A stretch of DNA of 64,000 nt. Source: Rhina ancylostomus (taxonomy: Eukaryota). The DNA lies in assembly GCA_030265395.1 (NCBI GenBank), contig JARFYF010000063.1, positions 107,532,433 to 107,596,432 on the forward strand, in the 5' to 3' direction. A program made the translations under genes and the position numbers. Shown here piece by piece: positions 36,477-49,025 of this stretch (its first letter is position 1; each line of letters begins with the position of its first letter). The notes under the pieces were generated by a model. That model saw only the letters and a program-made list of their open reading frames with translations, made no database searches and had not been told where the DNA came from.

Positions 36477-39400
36477 GTCCGGTGAAACAACACTAGCTTG
36501 TCATTTGGAGTTTTAATTTCCTTTCACTTCAACTGGGTAGAGGGAATGAAGGTTCTCCCCAAAGTTTTCAACCCACAGAATTAATAAGTAATTCACAAAT
36601 TGTGGCTTAAAATTTTGTCTTAATTTCCCATAATTATATTGACATTTTGTATTCACAAGTTCGAAATTAAAATGCATTCTGTTGCTTGTGATGGCTGTCC
36701 AATCAAATGAGTGCTATAGATATTTTCTATCTATCAATTTGTATTTATAAGTAATATACAAGACACTATGTCTAGAACTTATTTGTCTAAAAGATGCCTA
36801 CTACCACAGTGAACTGCAAATTGGATGGGGTTTTTGTTGAACATTTCATGAAGAATATTTATTAATTATGTTGCCTTGACGTTGGTATAGGTTGACATTT
36901 ACTGGGAGTTAAAATCACTGTGAATTACATGGAAACAAATCTTATTGCCAAATTACTCCCAACAGTACATGTGATGCCAAAGAAAAAGGAAAATCTCACC
37001 CATTTTGGGCTGATGCCTTTCTCCTGCATCTTTTCCTCATTTTACTGACTAGGGAGTGCTTGATGCTGACACAGAGTGCAAAATAATAAGACATGGTTCA
37101 TTCCCTAATTCTGTTACCCTTCACTTTGCTAAAACAAAACTTGAAATTTCCTTGCTTACACAAAAAAAAAGATGAAAGATGTAAAGCATGCAAAAATTGA
37201 CAGGAAAAGAGCAGTAAGTTCTGGAAGTGACGAACGTGAATTCTTTTTGTTTTTATTGAGGCCCCTAGACAAGCCTAGGGATTTCCATGGAGGTCAAAAG
37301 TAAGGTCTCCATATTAAGTAAAGTTTTAAAAATTATAACAATAATGGTTTGCGACATTTCCTTACAGCAGTGCGAAGTGTTGGCTGTGACTCCTAAGGCC
37401 ATAAGTGCTATGAATTAGACTATGGAAAAATAATAAAACATCCACAGGCTGTATGTGTGAAAGAACTGCATTCCACAAAGGCTATGTGGAGCCACACATC
37501 TTGCAAAATTATAGCCTTGAGTCTTTAGTCTTTATAGCAAGAAGCTAGGAATTTACTTCCCTTGTAGAATTAATTAATGACTGCAGGTATAAAGTGACCA
37601 TCCACCCCAAACAGGGTCTCCGAATAGCTAAATAGATGATAAGAAGAACCTTTTCTGTGATTCCCAGGTTTCCTGATTGTTGATTTTAAAATAGCTGAAC
37701 ACTTCATGTAGGTTTTATGTATGAGGGTTAAGCTAGTTGAATTAATAAAGAGCATAAAAGCACAGTAAATCAAATAATCATGAATTACTGAAAACTGTAA
37801 GGGGTTGTCCATAATTCTCATCCTTTTCATAAGAGTAAAATCATTGCTTATCTCTATATTTCATAAACATGCCAAAAAATGATGCATTGATTATTTTATT
37901 TGGATAATTAACTGCCCATCATAAATTCTTTTTGTGATAATAATTGTAACTAATTTTGTGTGTCTGTTTAATTGCTAGACAAATTTTCCATGATTCCTGG
38001 GATATATAAATCTTAAGTTTCTTGTTGGTGCTTACTGGTTTAGTCTCTATTCAATATCCCTGAGTGTTTTGCAAGTACAGTCATGTTCCACAATGTGAAA
38101 GCACATTTGAAATGAACTGTAAACCTGACACTTGTATTATTTATATTCTAGTATTGAAAACATGCATATGCTATATTTAACAAGGGCATGATAGCGAAAT
38201 GAAGACCAGACAACAAAAAAGAAAAGTATATTTTTGTATTGCAAAGTTTGCCACACAATCAAGGCAAAGATGGTGTAAGATTTTAACTTTTGCTGTCAAC
38301 AGTTAGCAATTTTTGGAAAAATCTGAAGGTAATAGTTTATTTTGGGTGTTTTGCTGTCTAAACCAACAGCCTTTTTCCTGTTGAAGATCATGAATTCTAC
38401 AATAATATATTAGAATATCACAATAAGTCATAGTTAATAGTTTTCAAGACATGAGACATCATCACAAAAGTGAGCTTTGAATTTAGAAATAAAATTAGAT
38501 TATCGTAGATTAGATCAAGAGGAAACGTTCAGATTTGAAACCTTTGTCCTTCTCAGTATTTAGTAATAAAGAGCCTGTGCCTCCATTTAGCTAGAAAACC
38601 CAAAATTAAGACCACAATCTAGATTGCGGATGCAAAGCTGATTCTAGAAGATGTCCGAATGGATATGCATATACTTGGTAAGTATTCATAAAGGACCTTA
38701 ACGCTTATCTTTATTGCCTGTCACTGATATTTCTATTGGACTAATTGTGTCTCTGAACTATATCAGTACAGGTGCTGAATGCGCCTCAAAAATCTCAAGT
38801 AACAGAAACCTGCTAGTGAGCTGCAGTTCTGAGAGCATCATAAATTGTGAGGATTGTTGTTAAGGAGGATCATCATAGATTAATGACTGAATTACAGTTT
38901 TCAATTCATTACCACCTATTTGTTATGTAGTGTATGCTATTATTAATGACCTTCCAATGCCGTTTTGAGTTGTTGGTTATGAGTTTGAGGCAGTGTGACA
39001 TAGGGCCTAGGTCCCAGAGCATTATTGATGGTGATGGAGAAACTGAAACATAGACCAGCATGTGATAGAACATGGATGACAAAGAGCTTTTCGGAACCAT
39101 TTTATAAATAGTTCTTTAAAAAGCACCACCACCATTTAGTATTCAGATTACCAAATTAGTGTGGAAAGTGAAACTTGCAAATTAAAGCTCTTCTTGAAAA
39201 AAATTAGCTACCTTCATACTTAAGTAGCTTATGGAAAGCAAAGTCTCAGATGGGAAATAATCACAAAATCGTATCACTAAAGCTACATCTGTCCGAATGT
39301 CGGAGCCATCTGAATATTCAAAGTGAAATGTATAAAGCAACCCAAATAGATGGAAAGAATATGCATCTCCATTCAAATTATAAATAATAGTCTCTATCAT

Positions 39401-42134
39401 TCCAGTCATTGCTATTTAGTCTCTGCTCTATTTATGGAGCTGCACTGTTAAAAGGAATTATATCCCATCGAGAAAACATGACAGAAAATGAGAAAATATT
39501 AGGAAGAATTTAGAAATACAAAGAACATTTTGTATTAAATTAGCTCATCAAACCACATGCAATTAGCAATGTCTTTAATGTGGAATTAAATTTTCTGGTG
39601 CTGAAATTCTTTCAAGAGTAGTACAGATATTATAAATCTGAAACTGACAGTGTGTTTGTATGTGTATCATATGATTGGCGAGTAACTCTGTGGGTGATGA
39701 CAGACTTTGTAATTTGCATATTGTTAATGGAGGTTGGGGTGGTTGTATGTATGAGGGTGGGAGGAAGAGAGTTTTGGGGGATGGGGCTGAGTGATGGGTT
39801 GGTGGCTAAGTAGCCAGCTTAATACACTTAACAGTAAAGTGCAGCATCTGCTGGACTGATATGCAAATAGCAACAAGCTCAGGAGCGGGAGCTTGAAAGC
39901 TTCTCAACAAATTTGGAAATGCTTCAGTCAGTTCCAAATGCTGGACTTCACTGTCCAATGCATTGTATTAATTGATTGTGTTTAATTAATGCAAAGTAAA
40001 AACTGATACTCTTTAGTAGAGAAGATTTATTTCATGTTTACTTTTTTATTTCTCTTCTTGCAGCTCTGAAATGCTATTAACTTCATCCCCACACAGAAAA
40101 AGGGGAATTTTCCAGATCCATTTGTCTTTACAGAACTTGTCCCGCCTTGTTGGGTAAAAGGGTCTTGATTTAAATGGCATACTTGAGTAGATGGAAGTGC
40201 AGCTGCTAGGTATTGTGATTTCTAAAGTGGTCGGCAGAAATTAATTGAACTTTTCAGAAACCATATGGCATGGATCAGATTTCACAAAAACTGGACATCA
40301 GAATCCAAGTCTCCATTTTTTAGCTACCAAATCAGTTTCAATTCCAATGCATCACACATTACTTTTCCAACCAGTCGGAGATTTCAAACAGTGAAGTCAG
40401 ACATCATGGATGATCCACTTATATAAAATGTCATCAGTCAATTTGTCAAAGTCTTTCTTTCTTCACTCTCACCAGATAAGCTCCATGTCCATGTGCTGGT
40501 GCAGCCCTCTCAATTCCTCATCACTCATAGTTTTCCTTTACAAGAGCTCACCACCACTAATAAGGCAACTCTGATCCATTCCTTTCCCACACTTTCCCAT
40601 CACCATACGGAAATGGAGAAAACTCTGCAGCAGCTCCCTTACCAATTAATTTCCAAAGCCTTTACCTTTGATGCTCCACATTTGTGATAACTCTCCTGCA
40701 GCTTGTTTGCCTCTAGCACCGTACTCTTGTCCCCATTCTTGACCCGTTCCACCTCCCCCCATTCCACCATGTAATCCTTACATTTACGTCTCCAGTTCAG
40801 GATTGCAAAACTGAATATAAACGCTGGCCTAATCACGAACTGTGACATCTTGCTTGACCATGTGAAAGTGCTACCCAATTTTGCTCCCCTTAGTTTAAAA
40901 CCTACAGGTTAGTCTGAAGGAAAGCATAATCTCAAGCTTCATTTCCTTTCATGACCACTTGCCTCTATGGATTCCCCTTCCCCAATTCCTGTTCCCTCAT
41001 CAGGATCTAGTAGGTATTTTCATCTCCAGGCTTCTGAAGTGACATTATCAATGTGCCCCATTCCTCAGAAGCTGTTCCTTTTGCATTCAGTACTGCAGTG
41101 ATAACCCCTCATCAATCCATTCCCTCCCCAACAGCCAACCCAACAGCTGCCTCGTCTCTAATTTCTAGGTTTTGGAACATGTTGTCTCACAGTTCCTGTC
41201 ACTTACTGAACTTCTGAGCCAATAGAGACAGGTAGCAGATAAAATACTGCATATAGAAAATCAACACCTTTTCTAGTGGAGGACAGTCTACAGAAGAATG
41301 GATGACAGGCTAAGTGGTTTTGTCTAACTCTTGGCTTTCTCATTTTCTTGTGCAATAGATTAGTCCTATCTGAAGTTCTCCATTCAGACTTCCTTCTCAA
41401 AGTACCAAAATGGGTGCAGTCAAATTCATTAGGGTCTGTAATCTTAGCACATGATTTTCCCTCATCTTCCTTGACCATTCTACAGTATTTAATACGGTTG
41501 TCCATACCGTCCTCCTCCAACTGTTCCCCATCACAGTGCTTCATAGGTCATCCGTTATGTGTAAGTTGGAAACCAATGAAAAAGCAGGTAATATTAACAT
41601 AACTAGGGTCTGACATTCAGCAGGGCTGGCACCATCCATAGGGGAAGAAACAAAGTCAACATTTAAGTCAAGGACTCTTTATCAGAAATGGATAAGTGAA
41701 GAAAGAAACGTGTTCTAAGTTGCAGAGGGGAGGGAAGAAAATGGCTATGACCAAATCGAGACCAAAGTTGTCCAGGCAATGTAATTGCTTTGGGTGCAGC
41801 AGTGTTTGGAAACCTGAAGCAAAAGAGAATAATTGGCAGCTCAAACTGCTTCTGCAGAGAGTGAAAAACATAATTAATGTTACAGGTGGATGACCATACA
41901 TTAGATATGGCAGTTCTGACTGGTTCCTTGAAATTGGGGCTACGTTTACTAAGATTGATGTCTTTGAGGCTTAGACATTTTGGTTTTCATTATAAATTAT
42001 TCTCAATGACTTCTCCAAAATTCATAATACCAAATTTACTAAAATATATTATTATTCTTCCTTATAACATTACAATTTTTACGAATATCTTATTTTTTCA
42101 TTGTCCTAGTAAAAACGATTCTACCACCTGCCAG

Positions 42135-42325
42135 GGGAGGTGGTGGAAGCAGATATTTAGCAACATTTAAGAGCATTTAGACAGGCACATGAACAAGCAG
42201 GGAAGTCAAGGATACAGAGCATGTGCAGGTTGATGGGATTAGACTGACACCATGGTCAGTGCAGACACGGTGAAGGGCCAGTTTCTGTACTGTGCTGTTC
42301 TACTTTGTCTCTTTTATGTTCTAAA
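42135..42325 (+). mobile_element. CR1 LINE 3' tail
   Basis: gaggtggtggaagcagata...catttaagagcatttagacaggcacatgaa...gaagggccagtttctgtactgtgctgttcta. Confidence 0.8.
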
Positions 42326-43049
42326 TCAGCACTGGTATTGTCAATTCAACTATTCTTTTTCCCATAAAAATCTGAGCAATTGAAGATTCTTGTAATGCAA
42401 CTCTCTTTCTACCCTTTGATAATATTATTTTAAAAATGAATTTGCACAATAATTCAAATAGCAACTGGATAAGTTCTGCTTCCCATGATCAGACCACATT
42501 ACAAAATGTTTAAGTTGTTTGGAATAGTTACNNNNNNNNNNNNNNNNNNNNNNNNNNNNNNNNNNNNNNNNNNNNNNNNNNNNNNNNNNNNNNNNNNNNN
42601 NNNNNNNNNNNNNNNNNNNNNNNNNNNNNNNAAAATGTTTAAGTTGTTTGGAATAGTTACAAGCAAAAAAATATCTGCAAACAATAATTGATTGCTCAAG
42701 GATTTAGTTCAAACCAGTAACATTAATATAACCAAATTAGATTGGTGTGGTTCACAAGAAAATGAGAAAGTCAGCAATAAGACAAGTCACTCAGTCTATT
42801 AAGTTTATTTTTCCACGTTCTTTCCCCTATTAACATAAGCATTTCTATCAGGTCAGATATCTGGACTGTGAGGGAAAAATCAGATGTTTATTTTTAACAA
42901 GCTATCTGATTTATAAAGGACCTAAATCAGGAGGAAGAAGGACTTGTCTTTTGACAGTTCTGTGCATAGGAAATTCAGAAAAAGAATAATGGTGGGTGGG
43001 CATATTATTAGCAGAATACTTTCATACGTGTCCTTTAAAATGTCGAATA

Positions 43050-43370
43050 ATAATACAAGGGAGGCCACTTGGCCCATCAGGTCCAGGCCACCTCTTAGGA
43101 AGCAATCCCATTATTCCTACTCCTCCTTTCCTAACTTCTCTATACCCCTGCAACTTATTGTGTCTCACAGTTGCCCCCTTTGTTTTTACAATTAACCTAC
43201 ACTAGGGGCAATCTGTTACAGTCCTTCTTTTGGATCTGGAGGAAACTGGAGCACCCAGATGAAACACACACAATGATGGAGAGAACATGCAAACTCCACT
43301 TAGACAGCACCCAAGGTCAGGATCAAACATAGCCTGGAGCTGTGAGACAGCAACACTAACAGTAGCACAT
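43050..43370 (-). mobile_element. HE1-like V-SINE
   Basis: Antisense CR1 tail, V-domain (ggaggaaactggagcaccc...gagagaacatgcaaactccac) and tRNA head (ctggagctgtgagacagcaacactaac). Confidence 0.8.
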
Positions 43371-44479
43371 CTGTGTCTTAAACCTTAGGGACCAGAGAAA
43401 ATAATGTNNNNNNNNNNTCAAAGGCAGTTTCTGTCCACAGACATTGCATTCTTTTTTTGTACTGGACACCTTACCTGAAATTTAGCACAGAACAGACATT
43501 TCATTTGGATGTGCAAATAGATGTGGAACATTGTGGCTCGTTTAGATAGGAATGGAATTTCTAAGTAACTGAGAAAAATACAAAACTTGCCGTATGTTAC
43601 ACCATTTGCTTCCAGCTTATTATTTCAAATAGAAAGGAGCCAGAAATATGCAAAGATTAATTCTCTGTGCTTCATCTGTTAATTTCTAAAGCTTTTGTCT
43701 GTTTAAGGAGTACAATTAATAGGTTCCAGCGATATGCCTATTGTCTTTAAACTAAAAATCAAAATATTCTGATGCTGGAAATCTGATACAAAAGACTAAT
43801 TTACATGTACTTCCTCTAATCTAGTAAACTGTACTCACAACACACGGAACAATTTCCTCTGCATAGCAGTTAGTAATGAATCAGCTGCCTGTGATGCATC
43901 CCACCTGATTTTTCTTTCTATTGATTTCAATAGAAAAGGAACTCAGGCCCAATCTGTAACAGACCAACTTGCGAACCNNNNNNNNNNNNNNNNNNNNNNN
44001 NNNNNNNNNNNNNNNNNNNNNNNNNNNNNNNNNNNNNNNNNNNNNNNNNNNNNNNNNNNNNNNNNNNNNNNNNNNNNAGACATTCAATGTCTGCATCATG
44101 CATAAAATGCACAATGTTGCATCATCAATGCAATTGTATTTGGGACTGGAATGCAATGAGCACTTACTCCTGTATTATGTATTGAGTTCATGCTACTACT
44201 GCCAAATGACTACTGTGAAAACTCCTATAAGGTCTAAACTAATAATTGATGAAAGATAAAACAAAAATGTTAATGTAATATTATGTTAACCTCTTTATTA
44301 TTCCTTGATTTCCTTACCCCTTTCCCTCTTAGCTGGGTGGAACAATAAAAAATAATAAATGTAGGAAGGAAGTCTATATCTTCCAGTCTGTTTGTTCAGA
44401 TCATAGAAGCAGAGTTTCTGTGTTGGGTGAAATCAGTAATGAAGGTGCAAATTGCACTGGTTTGTCAAAGAAAGAGAAA

Positions 44480-45240
44480 AAGAGAGGGTGAGCAGCTTCA
44501 AGTTCTTGGGTGTCAACATATCAGAGGATCTATCTTGGGCCCAACACAATGATGCAATCACAAAGCAGGCACGGCAGCAGCTTTACTTCATTAGGAGTTT
44601 GAGGCGATCTGGTACGTCACAAAAGACTCTTGCAAATTTCTACAGATATACAGTGGAGAGCATTCTGACTGGTTGCATTACCACCTGGTATGGAGGCTCC
44701 AATGCACAGGATCAAAAGAGGCTGCAGAGGGTTGTAGACTCAGCCAGTTCCATCATTGACACAATCCTCCCCACCATCGAGGACATCTTCAAAAGGCAGC
44801 GCCTCAAGTAGGCGGCATCCATCATTAAGGACCCTGACCACCTGGTACATGCCTGCTTCGTGCTACTACCATCAGGGAGGAGGTACAGGAGCCTGAAGAC
44901 CCACACTCAATGTTTCAGGAACAGCGTCTTCCCCTCCGCCATCGGTTTTCTGAATGGTCCATAAACACTACCTCGTTATTCTGTTTTCACATTATTTATT
45001 TATTTTTGTAACAGTAATTTTTATATCTTGCACTGCACTGCTACCACAAAACAACAAATGTCACAACACACACAAAATACTGGAGGAACTTAGCAGGTCA
45101 GGCAGCATCTATGGAGAGAAATAAACATTTGACATTTTGGGTCAAGACCCTTCTTCAGGACTGGAAAAGAAGAGGGCAGAAGCCGGAAGCCGTCATGACA
45201 TAAGTCAGTGTTAATAAACTTGATCCTGATTCTGAGTCTG
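44480..45240 (+). mobile_element. Rex1/Babar-clade LINE 3' fragment
   Basis: ERVSSFKFLGVNISEDLSW...QQLYFIRSLRR...NFYRYTVESILTGCITTWYGGSNAQDQKRLQRVV. Premature stop at 44809-44811, then LLPSGRRYRSLKTHT. The tail ends aataaacttgatcctgattctga. Confidence 0.9.
45069..45191 (-). mobile_element. Penelope-like terminal repeat inserted in the Rex1 tail
   Basis: cacacaaaatactggaggaacttagcaggtcaggcagcatctatgg...gggtcaagacccttcttcaggactgg, flanked by gtcacaaca and gtcatgaca. Confidence 0.7.
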
Positions 45241-46837
45241 TTTTATTTTTCTTATAGGCACTTGAGCACACTTTCGTTTGAAGATATGTTTGAGTAACTT
45301 TAACCTTTAGCTTTATCCTCCATTTGAAACTGCTTTATTTTCCTTTCCTTTCATTTTCTTGCATTTCCTTAGTCTTCCCATTCCTTTATCTATTTACAAA
45401 GAATCACATACGAAATGCAACACACACAAATGTAACAGGCTGCTCAGCCCATTCAGTCCACAATAACATTTATCCTCTTTGCAAACAGGCTTCTTAATCT
45501 GATATCTCACCTCTCTCTATTCTCTTTTCCTTTCACAATCTGTCGGACCTATTTTTAAATGTGGGGCCAAGAGGAGTATGCCCATTATCAAGTTACCTCC
45601 TGCTGTCTTTCATCCAACTTGGGATGGCATTTGATTGCAGAGGTGATACACATACCGGTACATCCCCCAGATTATTTTGATTTGGCCAAAATTCCAAATT
45701 TGGATCAGATTGACAATCCCACTTTGGGTATATCCACCCCCACTTCCCCCCCCCCCCCCCCCAGCTTCGTATCCAGAACCAGGCACTGACAAATATCCAC
45801 CCTGATCTTTCAGTCTAAGAGTCTAAGTTTATGAGCTTTAAACACAAAACAGCTTTGATATAACCAGTGGAACTGACATGATTTAGCCTCATTATTACTC
45901 CTCCAACCTAGAGGCAGGTGAATCTTTTTCCAGCATCCACCTTCACCCCTCTGCAGAGTACTTCTGAGCAACAAGGACCCATTGCCCCCAAGCTGAAATC
46001 TATTATCACCATTATTTAGAAATACAAAGAAGGGACATATATTTACTATTCCATTTCGCTGGCTGTTTTTCTTGAGTCCCTGTGCTTGATGTGGGGGATT
46101 TGTCTTTTTCTGTCTTGTTTTTCGACATCTTCTATTCAGATTTTGAGGTAAGATGTAAGGACACTTATGTTGTACAAGTATAAAGAAAATTAGAAGATTC
46201 TACTGACTGCAAGACCAGGATGATCAGTGCCTCCACTTTAAGGCCACTGATGGCCTGAATCACAGAGTGGTTTGGATGCTTTTTGCCTGCTGACATTGGT
46301 AACCGCTCAAACCTGATTGAATTTTTCATCAATCACTTTGATACAGGTTACTGTATGGTCAGAGGATGTAACAGCAGAGATTTGGTCTGTTGCTCAGGGG
46401 CAGGGGATAAACAAGTTGCCTTTCTTTGCCCTGTTCCACCTTGCATCAATCAGGTGNNNNNNNNNNAATGGCACTGAGTTTACTGAATATACACTTGAAT
46501 ATTTCTCATGTCATATTTAAAGAGACATTGACCAATCCAGACTATTATTCAGAACTATCAAAGTCTAAGCTTCAGATCATAATTTCAAAAGTCAAAGTGG
46601 TCTATGTAGTTTCCTTAAAAAAAAGTCAGCTCAAAGTGCCAAACAGGGATTTTACATTTATCATTGTTTCTATTTCAACAGGCCCTGAATATGACCCAAA
46701 TGAGAAAGTGAACTAGATGGGCTGTATGGGACTTTCTCATTACTCTCATATATGTAGATTGATCTACCTATCATCCCTCCAATTTGATGGATGGTTTTAC
46801 AGTGGAAACTAGCTCTTATTTAACATGTGTCACACAT

Positions 46838-46868
46838 GTGCCACCTACTGGCCCCTTATGGAACTCCA
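46838..46868 (-). promoter_or_regulatory. CTCF binding motif with upstream (ZF9-11) module
   Basis: Minus strand TGGAGTTCC-ATAAG-GGGCCAGTAGGTGGCAC. The core fits CCASYAGRKGGCRS exactly. The upstream part differs by one base from TGCAGTNCC at typical spacing. Confidence 0.55.
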
Positions 46869-48289
46869 CTTACCCATGCTTTTATAATAAGCCAAATGTT
46901 GCACAAAAAAACTGACATTTCTGTCCATGTAAAAGACTCATTATGAATCATTTTGAATTACAAAATCTAAGGATTTCTGCATATCATTAACTCAAAAGAA
47001 AATCCTTTTGTTTTATTTGCATTCATTCAAACTTTGGCCTCTGCTTTCTCAGTGCCAAGGGTAATCTAGCTTTCCAGGACAGCCATTACAATTGGCTAGC
47101 TAAAGACCATCTCACAGCAATCTAAGCAAATAAATACAATTGGTTTTTTTTGTGTATGCTTGTTAATTTCAATAAGATTTCATGAGTAAAATGTAATAAG
47201 ATTTATACTCAAAGTCTGCAGAGTAACAGTATCCCCAGCACTCTATAAGGAAGTGGTCACTAAGCTCTTTGTCACAAATGGACTAAATCATTATCTAAGC
47301 TGGGTCATTTAGATTCATTAGGATAATTCTGATTTTGTTTTCTGCTATAATGAAATTAATTAGAGGAAGAAAGGAGCAAACTTCACGATCTATTATAACA
47401 CCGTTTTAAATTGAAAATTGGATGTGCATTTTACTGAATGTGATTAAAAGTACATAAAACAGAAAATCCTCAAAATTTAATGTTGACTAGTCATGTGCAT
47501 TTATGGAAGCTAATCATCCCTACTGACTGGTGAGAATCCCTCATCCGTGGACACTCTAAGTGGAGAAGGAACACTTGGTATGGGTATTGAAAACCTCAAG
47601 TCCATTCATCGGGAGCACTCAGAAGCCGGTGTGAAAAACAGAAGGAGCATACCACCTCCACCCACCAGTCCCAGCAAGGACCTTCTCCCCCTCCTGTGGC
47701 AGAACCTACAGTTCCCACAATGGCCTCCCCAGTCACCACAGAACCTACAGAACTGGAGTGGAAGAAAGTCATCCTTGATCCCAAGGGACCCCTTTAGAAG
47801 ACGTGAATCATCAATTTAATCCAATCAATAAATGCATCACAATTTTACTGCAGTTTAATTGAATTATATCAATGCTATTGTTGAGATTCAGCTTTGAAGG
47901 GAGCATATTGCTTTATTCTTTCTGTCTTCCTCCTGTAGTTTATGTGCACTAATGTATCTATATTAACACATTAGAGACAAATTAATTCCTTCTGTGTTTA
48001 TGCCTAAGTGATAATGGATTGGTGAGTCTCTTTTATTGGGTTCCAAGGAACAGCACAATAATAGTCATCAACAACAGTGAGTGAATTGCCCTGTTTACAT
48101 ATTTGTTAGCAGGATATTTAAGACCCATATCATTTGAGCGTGCATTTCATAAAATCAAAGGCACAATGCTCAAGTAGAACAGCCTATTTAGTTAGCAGTA
48201 ACTGACAGTTATGAATGCTGTTTTACAAAAAGAAAACACAAGGGAAATGAGTGAATAACAGGCTTATCAACTACTGCCCAATCTGGCAT

Positions 48290-49025
48290 GAAAGGCACTC
48301 ATCCACACATTATTGCCCAGTTTGACTCAGTCCATCTCTCAGGATTGAGGATGATTTGTATTCACTCTATTTCTATATGTTCTGGAGTGGCTGAGCAGTA
48401 CCATGTGGAATCTGTATTATCTGCCACAGGTGGAGTACGAAATGGTTGACAGGTCAGGAAGTGTGGGAGATGGTGCACTATTTCTGCTGTTTGTCTCTGG
48501 TCTCTTGCCTGATGTCCTTGTAGATACTCAAGGTGCTCATTACCTTTCTGGATCTTCCTCTATTTTGAGCAAGGATTCCATTGAGTTGGAAGGAATGTTA
48601 GACTTTTTTGAGGAACACTCAGAATCTCCTTGAAGCATTTTCTCTCTCTCCTGCAAATCTCTTGCTTTAATGGTAGAGTCCCCATTTTGAGTGTGAAGAA
48701 TTGGAAATGTGGTCAATGTGCCCCTCATTGGAGCTGGTTGAATGTGATCAGTGAATTCGACATAGGGTACTTTGGCCTGAGAGAGGACATTGATATATGT
48801 TCACCTATCCTGCCAGTCATTTTGAGGTTTTTACAGAGGCAATGCTGGTAGTGGCTCTCCAGTGTCTTGTAGTGTATACGATACAATGTCCAGGATCTGA
48901 TCCATACAAGAGGGGGATGATCATTGCTGTTAAGTCGACCCTGAACTTTATGTTGAGTTTGAGGTTTTGGTCGTTGAATGCTCTTTTCTTCAATAGGCCA
49001 GAGGTAACAAGAGTGCACATTGCTG
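48290..49025 (-). mobile_element. RTE-clade (Bov-B-like) LINE remnant
   Basis: Frameshifted antisense translations KRAFNDQNLKLNIKFRV...IIPLLYGSD and KTLESHYQHCLCKNL...PMSNSLITFNQLQ match the RTE RT C-terminus (PTLLYGSETW...YHQRCLRKIL...QLRW). Confidence 0.7.
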
